Source of the DNA: Acidobacteriota bacterium
GTDB lineage: Bacteria; Acidobacteriota; Thermoanaerobaculia; Gp7-AA8
Direction of reading: 5' to 3'
DNA: 64,000 nt
Assembly (NCBI GenBank): GCA_019244185.1
Contig: JAFATB010000019.1
Location: forward strand, 282,574-346,573
The notes under the pieces: model-generated
Told to the model about the DNA's origin: nothing
Seen by the model: the letters and a program-made list of their open reading frames with translations, nothing else
Databases searched by the model: none
Translations under genes and position numbers: made by a program
Shown here: positions 1 to 9,697 of the stretch, piece after piece
How positions within the stretch are numbered: position 1 is the first letter of the stretch
Layout of the letters: every line of letters begins with the position of its first letter

Positions 1-1
1 C

Positions 2-361
2 GATGAGGCGCCGAAAGGCTCGCGCTTCCGCGCGGCGGTCGAGAAGAGCTTCCCGAGCTACGACATCTGGAAGACGGACTTCGTCGGCGTCGGCAAGATG
101 CGCGGCGTCGGCTGGGCGATCTGCTTCCTCGATCCCGCGACCGGCAACGTCTCGAACCACTGGATCACGCTGCACGAGACCGGCAACGTCGCGGGCTTCG
201 TTCCGCTCGTGGTGATGGACGTCTGGGAACACGCGTTCCTGCTCGACTACAAACCGGCCGAGCGGCCGAAGTACATCGAAGCGTTCCTCTCGAACATGGA
301 CTGGGACGCGGTGGAGTCGCGACTCGCGCAGCACGTGCCGGAGACGGCCGGCGCGCGCTGA
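2..361 (+). CDS. Fe/Mn superoxide dismutase, C-terminal part (5' truncated by window edge)
   Basis: Frame open from position 2; GVGWA and metal-binding DVWEHAFLLDY motifs of the Fe/Mn SOD C-terminal domain. Confidence 0.88.
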   Translation, partial: DEAPKGSRFRAAVEKSFPSYDIWKTDFVGVGKMRGVGWAICFLDPATGNVSNHWITLHETGNVAGFVPLVVMDVWEHAFLLDYKPAERPKYIEAFLSNMDWDAVESRLAQHVPETAGAR

Positions 362-366
362 CCCGC

Positions 367-397
367 GAAAACATTTCGCCCCGAGGCCTCGTATCTT
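367..397 (+). promoter_or_regulatory. Candidate promoter for ABC operon: ECF-like GAAAAC-N17-CGTA overlapping a TATCTT -10
   Basis: GAAAAC 367-372, CGTA 390-393, TATCTT 392-397, ATG at 404, no SD. Confidence 0.4.
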
Positions 398-403
398 GTT
401 CCC

Positions 404-1351
404 ATGACGACGCTGATCGAGGTCTCGGGCCTCCGCAAGCAATACCGGTCGTCGTTCGGCAAGCCGCCGATCACGGCGCTCGACGGCATCGACTTCACGG
501 TCGGTGAAGGCGAGCTGTTCGGCCTGCTCGGCCCCAACGGCGCCGGAAAAACGACAACCGTCAAAATTCTCCTCGGCCTCACGCGCGCGACCACCGGCCG
601 CGCCGCGGTGTGCGGGCTTCCGGTCAGCGATCCCGAGTCGCGCCGCCGCGTCGGCTATCTGCCGGAAGGGCACAAGATCCCGAACTACCTCACCGCGCGC
701 CAGGCGCTGTCGATCTTCGGCCGCATGTCGGGGATGGATTCCGGGGCGATCAAGGCGCGCATCCCGATGCTGCTCGAGCGCGTGCGCCTCTCGCAGTGGA
801 TCGACGTGCGCATCAAGAAGTTCTCGAAAGGCATGACTCAGCGCCTCGGGCTGGCGTGCGCGCTCATCCACTCGCCGCGGGTGCTGCTGCTCGACGAGCC
901 GACCGACGGCGTCGATCCGGTCGGACGCCGCGAGATCCGCGATCTGCTGCGCGAGGAAGCGAAGCGCGGGGCGACCGTGCTGCTCAACTCGCACCTGCTC
1001 TCCGAAATCGAGCTGACCTGCGATCGCGTGGCGGTGCTGCGTAACGGCAAGGTCGCGGCGTTCGGCACCGTGGACGAGCTGACGCGCAAGAGCGCGTCCT
1101 ACAAGATGGTCGCGACGCCGATCGACGACAGCCTCGTGGCGGCGTTCCGCGAAACCGGTGCCGGCGTCGAGCGCGTCAACGGACACGTCGTGCTCTCCGT
1201 CACCGACCTCGCGCATCTCAACGCGCTCGTCGATCGCCTCCGCGCGAACGGCGGCGTCCTCAGCGAGCTGTCGCCGATGCGCTCGACGCTCGAGGACGTG
1301 TTCGTCGATCTCATTCGCGCGGAAGGCCGCGCCGAGGAGGTGCACCCGTGA
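404..1351 (+). CDS. ABC transporter ATP-binding protein (exporter type)
   Basis: Walker A GPNGAGKTT, signature FSKGM, Walker B LLLDEP, H-loop NSH. Confidence 0.93.
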   Translation: MTTLIEVSGLRKQYRSSFGKPPITALDGIDFTVGEGELFGLLGPNGAGKTTTVKILLGLTRATTGRAAVCGLPVSDPESRRRVGYLPEGHKIPNYLTARQALSIFGRMSGMDSGAIKARIPMLLERVRLSQWIDVRIKKFSKGMTQRLGLACALIHSPRVLLLDEPTDGVDPVGRREIRDLLREEAKRGATVLLNSHLLSEIELTCDRVAVLRNGKVAAFGTVDELTRKSASYKMVATPIDDSLVAAFRETGAGVERVNGHVVLSVTDLAHLNALVDRLRANGGVLSELSPMRSTLEDVFVDLIRAEGRAEEVHP

Positions 1352-2205
1352 AGGCGCTGGCCGCGAACATCGAAGACGTCTTCCGCGAGGCGGCAGCCCG
1401 CTGGACGTTAATCGCCTACTTTTTTCTGTCGACGATATTCATCATCATTTTTGCGTCTGCAATCAATCTCGATATTGTCAACGGGGCGCTCGCCGGAGCG
1501 AAGCTGTTCGGCAAGGAAGTGCAGATGGGCGGCGACAGCGGCCTCTCCATCGAGAAGCTCGTGCTCGGCTTCGAGGCCGGCTTCTCGGGCTTCCTCTACT
1601 TCCTGGCGACGTTCCTGGCGATCTTCGCCACGGCGCATCTCGTGCCGCGCATGCAGGAGAAGGGCACCATCGATCTCTACCTCTCGCGCCCAGTCGGACG
1701 CGTGAAGCTCCTGCTCTCGCGTTACATCGCCGGGCTGCTGCTCGCGGGGAGCAATCTCGTTTATCTGATCGGCGCGATCTGGCTGATCGTCGCGTGGAAG
1801 ACGCACGTGCTGCACGCTCGTTTTCTGCTCGGCGGCGCGATCATCTTTCTCGTGATCGCGGTGCTGCTCGCGTTCGCGTTCTTCATCGGCGTGTTCACGT
1901 CGTCGACCGCGGTCTCGATCATGGCCTCGTACGGCATCTTCTTCTTCGGCCTCATGCTGGCGGCGCACGAGCGCATCGCGGCGGCGGTGTCGAAGGAGTG
2001 GCAGGCCGCGCTCATCAACGGTTTGTACTGGATCTTTCCCAAGACCGCGGAGCTGATGCAGGCGGTCGTGGCATTCGTCGGCGGCGAGCAGATGCCGGAG
2101 CAACTGCTGCGCAATCTAACTCCCGCTCCGTTCATCACCACCGCCGCGTTCGGCGTGGTCTGTCTCGTTCTGGCCTCGTGGCTCTTCACCCGAAAGGAGT
2201 TCTGA
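1348..2205 (+). CDS. ABC-2 type transporter permease
   Basis: About 6 hydrophobic helices, EKGTIDLYLSRPVGR motif, GTGA overlap with ATPase gene. Confidence 0.85.
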   Translation: MKALAANIEDVFREAAARWTLIAYFFLSTIFIIIFASAINLDIVNGALAGAKLFGKEVQMGGDSGLSIEKLVLGFEAGFSGFLYFLATFLAIFATAHLVPRMQEKGTIDLYLSRPVGRVKLLLSRYIAGLLLAGSNLVYLIGAIWLIVAWKTHVLHARFLLGGAIIFLVIAVLLAFAFFIGVFTSSTAVSIMASYGIFFFGLMLAAHERIAAAVSKEWQAALINGLYWIFPKTAELMQAVVAFVGGEQMPEQLLRNLTPAPFITTAAFGVVCLVLASWLFTRKEF

Positions 2206-2210
2206 ACCTC

Positions 2211-3203
2211 ATGAACCGCAAACCGTTCCTCCGCCTGTCTCTCGCTCTCGCCGCGACGGCCGCGCTGGCGCTTCCCGCGCTGGCGAGTCCGGACGCGCTC
2301 GGACTCGTACCGCCGAACGCCGCCTCGGTCGGGATGGTGAAGCTGCGCGACATGCGCAGCAGCCCGCTCTCGTCGATGCTCTTCCAGCAGACCGACAAGA
2401 TGTCCACCGACGGTGAAGCCGAGAAGTTCCTCACCGACGCCGGCCTCGCGCCGTCGAAGGACATCGACGTGCTCGTGGTCTCCACGACGCCGCGCACGAA
2501 CCTCGGCTCGGACGCCGACGTGCTCGTCGCCGCCGAAGGCCGCTTCAACGCACAGCGCCTCACCAGCGCGCTCCTCTCGCGCGGCGCGGTGAAGAAGGGC
2601 GCGTACCTCCTGCTGCCGGACGATCACGACGGCGACGCCAGCGACAGCGGCGCGGTGGCGTTCCCGAGCTCCTCGCTCGTGCTGGCGGGCAATGAGCGCG
2701 CGGTCGCCGCGGCGCTCGCCGCGTACGCGAACGGCGGCAGCGGCTTCCGTTCCGCCGGCGCGCTGGCGATGGACCTCAATCGCATCGACCGCAACGCCAC
2801 GGCGTGGGCGCTCGTCGACGTCGCGCGCGCATCGCGTTTGGCCAAGACGAACGCGACGCCGACCGGCCACGGCCCCCAGGGCGCGGCGCTCGCGTCGGCG
2901 CTCAAGAGCCTCTCCACGATGGCCGTCTGGGCCACCGACACCGGCGACGCGCTGCAGCTCGGCGCGATCGGTCTCTCCAGCGACGGCGAGACGCTGCAGC
3001 TCATCGAAGACACCGTCCGCGGCGCGCTCTCCGCGCTGCGTCTCGCGGCGCAGGACAAGGCGCCGGAGATGGTCACCGTGCTGCGCCGCTTCGACGTCAC
3101 GCGCAAGGACGACTCGATCCGCATCGAAGGCTCGATTCCCGCGAGCACGCTGCGCGACGTGATGGCGAAGAAGCACGCCAGCGTCAGCACCGGCACGAAC
3201 TGA
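2211..3203 (+). CDS. Secreted/periplasmic hypothetical protein
   Basis: ATG at 2211 after AAGGAG; signal peptide MNRKPFLRLSLALAATAALALPALA; typical codon usage. Confidence 0.72.
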   Translation: MNRKPFLRLSLALAATAALALPALASPDALGLVPPNAASVGMVKLRDMRSSPLSSMLFQQTDKMSTDGEAEKFLTDAGLAPSKDIDVLVVSTTPRTNLGSDADVLVAAEGRFNAQRLTSALLSRGAVKKGAYLLLPDDHDGDASDSGAVAFPSSSLVLAGNERAVAAALAAYANGGSGFRSAGALAMDLNRIDRNATAWALVDVARASRLAKTNATPTGHGPQGAALASALKSLSTMAVWATDTGDALQLGAIGLSSDGETLQLIEDTVRGALSALRLAAQDKAPEMVTVLRRFDVTRKDDSIRIEGSIPASTLRDVMAKKHASVSTGTN

Positions 3204-3225
3204 GTCTGCTCATCGACCAAGCCTG

Positions 3226-3256
3226 CGAGCTGTCGCGCATCGCGCGCGGCAGCTCG
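3226..3256. terminator. GC-rich hairpin between convergent genes (possible bidirectional terminator)
   Basis: CGAGCTGTCGCGC / GCGCGGCAGCTCG 13-bp stem with one G-U pair; no U tract. Confidence 0.4.
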
Positions 3257-3267
3257 GGGGCACGCGG

Positions 3268-3975
3268 TCAAACGAAGCGCTTGAGGTGCTCGCGCCACCA
3301 CGGCCAGTCGTGGCCGAAGACACCCGGCCAGACCTCGAGCACGTTCGGAATCCCCTTCGACCAGAGCAGCGCCGAGAAGTCGCGGTTCTCCTGAATCAGC
3401 GAGTCGTGTTCGCCGGTCGCGATGACCCAGCCGACACGCGAGAGCTTGCCCACCCATTCCGCGTTCATGTTCGGGATGTACGACACGGGATTGTGGAAGT
3501 AGCAGTTGTCGTCCCAGTAGCCGTCGAGGAACGAGCGGATGTCGTAGACGCCGGAGAAGCAGATGGCGCGGCTGACGACGTCCGGATAGCGCGCGGCGAA
3601 GTTCGCGGCGTGATACGCGCCGAAGCTCGCCCCGTAGACGACCAGATCTCCGCGCTGCGCGCGGTTGTAGATGTACGGCACCATCTCGTGGCGCAGGTAC
3701 GCGTCGTACTGCGTGTGGCGCGCCGCACGCACGGCGGGGTGGACGCTCTTGTTGTACCAGCTCTCGTTGTTGACGGTGTCAACCAGGACGAGCTGGATCT
3801 CGCCGGCGTCGACTTTCTCCGCCAGCGAGCCGGCCAGATGAAAGTCCTCGTTCTCGTAGTAGCGTCCGGACGACGTCGGAAACAGCAGCACCGGCCGGCC
3901 GAACTTCCCGAACCAGAGCGCCTCCATGTCGCGTCCGAGGGAGGGTGAGTACCACTTCACGTATTCGCGATACAT
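3268..3975 (-). CDS. Alpha/beta hydrolase, putative esterase
   Basis: Nucleophile elbow GASFG, FSGVYD, C-terminal GHDWPWW; divergent from ATP-grasp gene. Confidence 0.85.
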   Translation of the reverse strand: MYREYVKWYSPSLGRDMEALWFGKFGRPVLLFPTSSGRYYENEDFHLAGSLAEKVDAGEIQLVLVDTVNNESWYNKSVHPAVRAARHTQYDAYLRHEMVPYIYNRAQRGDLVVYGASFGAYHAANFAARYPDVVSRAICFSGVYDIRSFLDGYWDDNCYFHNPVSYIPNMNAEWVGKLSRVGWVIATGEHDSLIQENRDFSALLWSKGIPNVLEVWPGVFGHDWPWWREHLKRFV

Positions 3976-4029
3976 AGATTGCCCGGAAGCGGGCGGATTC
4001 TATACGATCGCCCCCTTTTGGGAGACGAC

Positions 4030-4989
4030 ATGAGCAAGAAACGCATCGGCATCATCTTCGGTATGGAAGACACGTTCCCGTGGGCGCTGATCGAAGCGAT
4101 CAACGCGCGCGGCGGAGACGATGTCGAGGCGGGACCCGCGGAGCTGTCCTTCCTGAAAGACGACGGCATCTTTCCGTACGACCTCATCCTCGACCGCATC
4201 AGCCACGAGGTGCCGTTCTACCGCACGTATCTGAAGTGCGCCGCGGCGTCGGGCGTGCGCGTCGTCAACAACCCGATCTGGTGGTCGGCCGACGACAAGT
4301 TCTTCGACAACCTCGTCGCGAAATCCGTCAATGTCGCGGTGCCGAAGACGGTGCTGCTCCCGCACAAACAGCATCCGCCCAACACCGAGGCGAAGTCGTT
4401 CCGCAACATGCGCTTCGTCAACTGGGACGACGTCTTCGCGTACCTCGGCTGGCCGATCTTCATGAAGCCCGCGTACGGCGGCGGCTGGAAGGACGTGTAC
4501 AAGGTGCACGACCCCGAGGAGTTCTTCGCCGCGTACGATCAGACCCGCGACCTCACGATGATGGCGCAGGAAGCGATCGAGTTCGAGCTCTACTACCGCT
4601 GCTACGTCCTCGGCCGCTCGCGCGTGCGCATCATGGCCTACGACCCGAAGGCGCCGTTCCACGAGCGCTACGTCAAGAATCCGCCGCCGATGAATCCGGA
4701 GTTCGAGGCGCGGATCCATCGCGACGCGCTCGCGCTCTGCGAGGGACTCGGCTACGACATGAACACCGTCGAGTTCGCGGTGCGCGGCGGCGTGCCGTAC
4801 GCGATCGACTTCATGAACGCCGCGCCGGACGCCGACGTGCATTCCGTCGGCCAGGAAAACTTCGACTGGATGGTCACCAACATGGCCGAGGTGTTGCTGG
4901 AGATGGTGCGGGGCGAAAAGAAGTTCGAGCTGACCGGCAACTGGCCGCAGACGCTCAATGTGACCAAGGACGTCGCGACGCCCGTGTAA
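4030..4989 (+). CDS. RimK/glutathione-synthetase-like ATP-grasp ligase
   Basis: ATG after GGAG; DDKFF, VPKT, FMKPAYGGGW, QEAI, AIDFMN ATP-grasp motifs. Confidence 0.82.
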   Translation: MSKKRIGIIFGMEDTFPWALIEAINARGGDDVEAGPAELSFLKDDGIFPYDLILDRISHEVPFYRTYLKCAAASGVRVVNNPIWWSADDKFFDNLVAKSVNVAVPKTVLLPHKQHPPNTEAKSFRNMRFVNWDDVFAYLGWPIFMKPAYGGGWKDVYKVHDPEEFFAAYDQTRDLTMMAQEAIEFELYYRCYVLGRSRVRIMAYDPKAPFHERYVKNPPPMNPEFEARIHRDALALCEGLGYDMNTVEFAVRGGVPYAIDFMNAAPDADVHSVGQENFDWMVTNMAEVLLEMVRGEKKFELTGNWPQTLNVTKDVATPV

Positions 4990-4998
4990 ACTGCCGCC

Positions 4999-6105
4999 AT
5001 GCCACAGCCGACGTTCACTCTCGGGATCGAGGAAGAGTTCCAGGTCATCGACCCCGTCACGCGCGAGCTGAAGTCGCACATTCAGGAGCTCTTCGCGGAA
5101 GGCGAGAAGCGCCTCAAGGAAGAGATCAAGCGGGAGATGCACGATCCCGTGATCGAGGTCGGCACGCCCATCTGCCGCAACGTGGCCGAGGCGCGGCGCG
5201 AGATCACGCGGCTGCGCAAGGAGATCATCACGCTGACGCGCGACGCCGGACTGCGCATCGCGTCGGCGGGCACGCATCCGATCTCGCACTGGGCGAACGT
5301 GGCCATGACGTCGGCGCCGCGCTACGACCAGATCCTGTACGAGCTGCAGATGCTCGCGCGCGCGAACCTCATCTTCGGCCTGCACGTGCACGTCGCGGTG
5401 GAAGACCCCGAAACGCGCATCGCGCTCATGAACATGGCCAGCTACTTCCTGCCGCACGTCTTCGCGCTGTCGGTGAACTCGCCGTTCTGGTGCGGACACA
5501 ACACCGGCTGGAAGAGCTATCGCGCGAAAGTGTTCGAACGCTTCCCGCGCACCGGCCTGCCCGATCACTTCGACCGCCTCAGCGACTACGAGGCGTACGT
5601 CGAGATGCTCGTGCAGACGAACTGCATCGACAACCCGAAGAAGATCTGGTGGGACGTGCGTCCGCATCCCTTCTTCCCGACGCTCGAGTACCGCATTTGC
5701 GACGTGCCGATGCGCGTCGACGAGACGATCTGCTTCGCCGCGCTCTTCCAGGCCATCACGGTCAAGCTCTACAAGCTCTACAAGCAGAACCTCGGCTGGC
5801 GCGAGTACCGCCGCTCGCTGCTCAACGAGAACAAGGCGCGCGCGGCGCGGTTCGGCACGGGCGGCAAGCTGATCGACTTCGGCCGCCGCGCGGAAGTGCC
5901 GTTCGGCGAGCTGCTCGACGAACTGCTCGCGTTCATCGACGACGTCGTCGACGAGCTCGGCTCGCGCGACGAGGTCTACTACGCGCGCGAGATCGTGCGG
6001 CGAGGTCCGGGCGCCGACCGCCAGATCGCCGTCTACAACCAGCGCAACGACCTGCGCGATGTGGTGGACTACATCGTGAACGAGACGGAACACGGGGTCA
6101 TCTGA
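4999..6105 (+). CDS. ybdK: Carboxylate-amine ligase, YbdK/GCS2 family
   Basis: TLGIEEEFQ, GTHP, FGLHVHV, SPFW, IWWDVRP, TLEYRICD motifs. Confidence 0.92.
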   Translation: MPQPTFTLGIEEEFQVIDPVTRELKSHIQELFAEGEKRLKEEIKREMHDPVIEVGTPICRNVAEARREITRLRKEIITLTRDAGLRIASAGTHPISHWANVAMTSAPRYDQILYELQMLARANLIFGLHVHVAVEDPETRIALMNMASYFLPHVFALSVNSPFWCGHNTGWKSYRAKVFERFPRTGLPDHFDRLSDYEAYVEMLVQTNCIDNPKKIWWDVRPHPFFPTLEYRICDVPMRVDETICFAALFQAITVKLYKLYKQNLGWREYRRSLLNENKARAARFGTGGKLIDFGRRAEVPFGELLDELLAFIDDVVDELGSRDEVYYAREIVRRGPGADRQIAVYNQRNDLRDVVDYIVNETEHGVI

Positions 6106-6113
6106 CGCGAGCG

Positions 6114-7091
6114 ATGCAAGGCCACGAACTTCATCATCCGACGGACTTTTTCGAGTACATCCGGCTCGAAGACAACTCGCTCCCCGCCGCCTCACGCGAC
6201 CGCATCGACGTCGCGCTGCTCGACATGAACCATTCGTGGCCGAACGTCGGTCACGACGCGCTCGTGCGCGTGGTGCTCGATGCCGCCGAGTCGCTGCAGG
6301 ACGAGCTGCGCGCGATCGGCGCGAAAGTGCGCGTGCTGTCGTTCGACGTGCGGCAGCGCGAGCTCATCCCCGAATCTCCGAACGGCCGTTTCCGGCTCTA
6401 CGTCGGCACGGGCGGTCCCGGCCATCTCGATCCGCGTCAGAACGACGGCGTCGCGGAATGGAGCCAGGGCATCACCGAGACGACGAGCTGGGAAGCGCCG
6501 CTCTTCCGCCTCTTCGACGACATCCTCGGCTACGAGCGCGCGGCGCTCTTCGCCGTCTGCCATTCGTTCGGCCTCGTCTGCCGCTGGTCGGGCGTGGCGC
6601 AGCCGCAGCTGCGCGCCGAGAAGAGCAGCGGCATGCCGGTGAATCGCCTCTCGCGCGAGGCGCTGCGGCATCCGTGGTTCGAGCAGTTCGCGCGCGCGCT
6701 GCCGGACGGCCAGCATTTCCGCGTCATCGACAACCGCCTTTTCGATCTCGTGCTCGAGAGCGAAGGCAAGAGCCTGCCGATCGCGTTCGAGGCCGCGGGC
6801 AGTCCCGCGCTGACGATGATCGAGCTCGCGCGCGATGCGGGCGGCGCGATGCCGCGCTTCCTCGGCGTCAACCATCATCCCGAGATCATCGACCGCGAGC
6901 ACATCATGCGCGTGCTCGACGAGAAGCGCGACCACGGCGAAGTCAGCGACCAGTGGTACCGCGAGCGCGCCGACACGATGCGCGATCTCTTCCACGGCGA
7001 GAACGAGCGGCAGAGCCGCCTCACGTCGCACTACACGCTGCTGGAACCGCTGCGGCACCAGCTCGCGCGCATCGTCGAAGAGCGGCGCTGA
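6114..7091 (+). CDS. Class I glutamine amidotransferase-like protein (divergent)
   Basis: GTGGPG oxyanion motif, nucleophile VCHSFG, NHHPE His-x-Glu motif. Confidence 0.72.
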   Translation: MQGHELHHPTDFFEYIRLEDNSLPAASRDRIDVALLDMNHSWPNVGHDALVRVVLDAAESLQDELRAIGAKVRVLSFDVRQRELIPESPNGRFRLYVGTGGPGHLDPRQNDGVAEWSQGITETTSWEAPLFRLFDDILGYERAALFAVCHSFGLVCRWSGVAQPQLRAEKSSGMPVNRLSREALRHPWFEQFARALPDGQHFRVIDNRLFDLVLESEGKSLPIAFEAAGSPALTMIELARDAGGAMPRFLGVNHHPEIIDREHIMRVLDEKRDHGEVSDQWYRERADTMRDLFHGENERQSRLTSHYTLLEPLRHQLARIVEERR

Positions 7092-7119
7092 CGGCGCGCG
7101 GCGTAGAATCGCGCCGCGC

Positions 7120-8172
7120 ATGAGCAGCGGCCTCGACATCGTCGCCATCGGCGGCGGCACCGGACTCTCGACGCTGCTGCGCGGTCTCAAAACCTACGTC
7201 GCCGCCGACGGCGGCTGGACGATCAACCACCTCGGCGCGATCGTCACGGTCACCGACGAAGGCGGCAGCTCCGGCGTGCTGCGCAAGGAGTTCGGCGTGC
7301 TGCCGCCGGGCGACATCCGCAACTGCATCGTCGCGCTCGCCGAAGAAGAACAGCTTCTCTCGCGGCTGTTCGCGTACCGGTTCGACACCGACTCCGCGCT
7401 CAAAGGCCACTCCCTCGGCAACCTGCTGCTGATGGCCATGACCGACATCACCGGCAGCTTCGACGAGGCCATTCTCGCCGCGGCGGAAGTCCTCGCCATC
7501 CGCGGCTCGATCTATCCGTCGACGCTCGACGACGTGCGCCTCCGCGCGACGCTCGAAGACGGCGCGGAGCTCGTCGGCGAAGTCGCGATCAGCGGCTCGG
7601 TCATCGGCGAGGCGCCGCGCACGACCAGCCGCCACGCGCGCATCACGCACCTCGCCATCGAGCCGCCCGACGCGCAGCCGACGGCGCGCGCGATGGAAGC
7701 GCTCGAAGCCGCGGACCTCATCATCATCGGCCCCGGCTCGCTCTACACCTCCGTGCTGCCGAACCTCGTCATCGAGCCGCTGGCGAACGCGCTGCGTGCC
7801 GCGCGCGCGCTGCGCGTCTACATCTGCAACGTGATGACGCAGCCGAACGAGACCGACGGCTACACCGCGTCCGACCACCTGCGCGCGATCGTCGAGCACG
7901 CGGGGCTCGTCGTCGACGTGATGGTGATGAACGGCCGGCGTCCGTCGGAATCGATCCTCGACGCGTACGCGGCGATGAATCAGGTGCCGGTCGAATGCGA
8001 CGTCGACGCGGTGCGCGAGCTCGGCGTCACGCCGTTCTTCGGCGACATCATCGCGGAAGAAAACTACGTGCGTCACGAGCCCGCGGCGCTGGCGCAGACG
8101 ATCTTCCGGCTGTACGAGACCTACGGCCGTTCCGTGGAGCGGATGCGGCGCGCGAGTCCTCCGACCGTCTGA
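7120..8172 (+). CDS. yvcK: Gluconeogenesis factor YvcK/UPF0052 family
   Basis: AIGGGTGLS, VTDEGGSSG, PGDIRNC, GHSLGN, GPGSLYTS, NVMTQP. Confidence 0.93.
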   Translation: MSSGLDIVAIGGGTGLSTLLRGLKTYVAADGGWTINHLGAIVTVTDEGGSSGVLRKEFGVLPPGDIRNCIVALAEEEQLLSRLFAYRFDTDSALKGHSLGNLLLMAMTDITGSFDEAILAAAEVLAIRGSIYPSTLDDVRLRATLEDGAELVGEVAISGSVIGEAPRTTSRHARITHLAIEPPDAQPTARAMEALEAADLIIIGPGSLYTSVLPNLVIEPLANALRAARALRVYICNVMTQPNETDGYTASDHLRAIVEHAGLVVDVMVMNGRRPSESILDAYAAMNQVPVECDVDAVRELGVTPFFGDIIAEENYVRHEPAALAQTIFRLYETYGRSVERMRRASPPTV

Positions 8173-9058
8173 AGCGCGTCAGCAGCGCGGTCAGCCCGAT
8201 CGACATCACCGCCGCCGCGATGACCAGCCACAGCTCGAACTTCTGCTCGTGTCGCATCACCTCGAGCAGCGCGCGCACATCGCTCGAGTAGACCTTCACG
8301 GTGAACGTCAGCAGAAACGCGAGCGCAAACGTGAACGGAATGAAGCTCGCGCGTTCCTCGTCGCGCGGCACCGGTTGCGTCCAGAACAGCCGCGCGACGA
8401 TGTACAGCGCCACGCACGACGCCGCGGCGATCGTGGCGAACGCCCGCGGCACGTCGAGCCGGTGCATGACGCCGAGGAGATCGACCAGCGCGAGCACGAG
8501 ACTCACGCACGCCGCGAGCGCCGCGAGCACGCGCCGCCGCGTCTCCTGCTCCACGACAGAGAGCGTCGCATAGACGAGCAGCACGACGGCGGCGCCGAAC
8601 GCCGCGATCACGATCGACGCCGGATGCCCGATGAACGCGAGGACCTCGCGCGGCGTGACGGCGCGCAACGCGACCGTCAGCGACGCCGCGATCATCAGCC
8701 AGGCACCGTACGCGCGGCGCCGCTCCGACCACACGCCTTCCCAGAAGAACGCGCCCGAACACTGCACGACGAGCAGCAGAAACATCCCCGTTTCGAGCAG
8801 GCCGAGGAAACGGTGCCGCGTCGGCACGAGCAGCAGCTCGCAAACCGCGGCCGCGGGCAACAGATGCGAGAGCATTCTGCCGACCAGCGGCCCACCACCC
8901 ACGAGCGTCACGCCGGCGTAGTCGATCGCGATCAGGACCATCAGCAGCGCATACAGGCAGGCGTGCACGATGGTCGCGATCACGGAGAGCCTGCTCAGCT
9001 CGAGCAGCGCGATCACCGCGAGTGCAAAGAGGAGGTCGCGCAGCGTCGTGATCGTCAT
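8048..9058 (-). CDS. Hypothetical multi-pass membrane protein
   Basis: About 9-10 hydrophobic segments; ATGA overlap with upstream gene; 3' end overlaps yvcK. Confidence 0.6.
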   Translation of the reverse strand: MTITTLRDLLFALAVIALLELSRLSVIATIVHACLYALLMVLIAIDYAGVTLVGGGPLVGRMLSHLLPAAAVCELLLVPTRHRFLGLLETGMFLLLVVQCSGAFFWEGVWSERRRAYGAWLMIAASLTVALRAVTPREVLAFIGHPASIVIAAFGAAVVLLVYATLSVVEQETRRRVLAALAACVSLVLALVDLLGVMHRLDVPRAFATIAAASCVALYIVARLFWTQPVPRDEERASFIPFTFALAFLLTFTVKVYSSDVRALLEVMRHEQKFELWLVIAAAVMSIGLTALLTRFRRSEDSRAASAPRNGRRSRTAGRSSAPAPRARDARSFLPR

Positions 9059-9642
9059 TGCCCGTTCTTCCCGAGGAGTTGCCCGACGATCCGTGCGCTG
9101 AGGATCTGCTCCTCCGTTTTCGGCGGCACGGACTGTCCCACGAGATAACGCGCGGCGACGCGGCGGAGCTCCTGATCCTCACGATCGTTCGCGGCCACGG
9201 CCGTGGCCAGGTCGACCAGCTCGCGCCCCTTCACGCGGTCGAACGCGTCGTAGACGTACGCGGGATAGTGGCCGGTGCGGTCGCGGCGCCGGTGCGCGAC
9301 GAAGTCGACGAAGTCGTCCGTGTGCATGGCGAAGATGTCCGCCTGCACGTTGCGGCCGCGGTAGTCCGCCGCATGCGCGACGTACGTCTGCCAGAACGCC
9401 TTGTCGAACGCGACGCGCATGTCGCTGGTGAGCTTGCGGTCGTCGATGTGATCTTCCGCGTAGCGGCGCACCTCGGCGTTGCGCGAATGCACGTACACGC
9501 TCGCGAGCGCGTCATGTCCGGCGACGTCCTTCGGCACGAGGCTCCGCCAGCCGAGGCCGAGCGAGAGGAGCATCGACGCCATCAGCAGAAACAGCGTGAA
9601 GGCGACGCGGAGCAGGGCCAGAAGACGGCGCAGGCGATCCAT
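9055..9642 (-). CDS. Hypothetical membrane-anchored protein
   Basis: N-terminal TM helix then soluble domain; TATACT 9 nt upstream of ATG. Confidence 0.6.
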   Translation of the reverse strand: MDRLRRLLALLRVAFTLFLLMASMLLSLGLGWRSLVPKDVAGHDALASVYVHSRNAEVRRYAEDHIDDRKLTSDMRVAFDKAFWQTYVAHAADYRGRNVQADIFAMHTDDFVDFVAHRRRDRTGHYPAYVYDAFDRVKGRELVDLATAVAANDREDQELRRVAARYLVGQSVPPKTEEQILSARIVGQLLGKNGQ

Positions 9643-9697
9643 TTTTAAGGAAGTATACCTGAGACGTTGCGCGTGTCCGGCATATGCTTCCCGCCGC

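Noticed and set aside
1158-2210. Long N-terminal extensions in the ORF track (also those starting at 32013, 43668, 17145, 6835, 30915)
   Set aside because: They overlap upstream genes in another frame; downstream ATG/GTG starts with SD, -10 box or stop-start overlap fit better
4080-6113. Apparent 1003-aa ORF 4080-7091
   Set aside because: The N-terminal part is an Arg-rich off-frame read of the ATP-grasp and ybdK genes; only 6114-7091 looks coding
4000-6195. 731-aa antisense ORF, and similar ones at 28035-30431, 32946-35618, 41737-44118, 55316-57835, 60496-61866
   Set aside because: Shadow ORFs opposite well-supported genes; expected in high-GC DNA and without recognisable motifs
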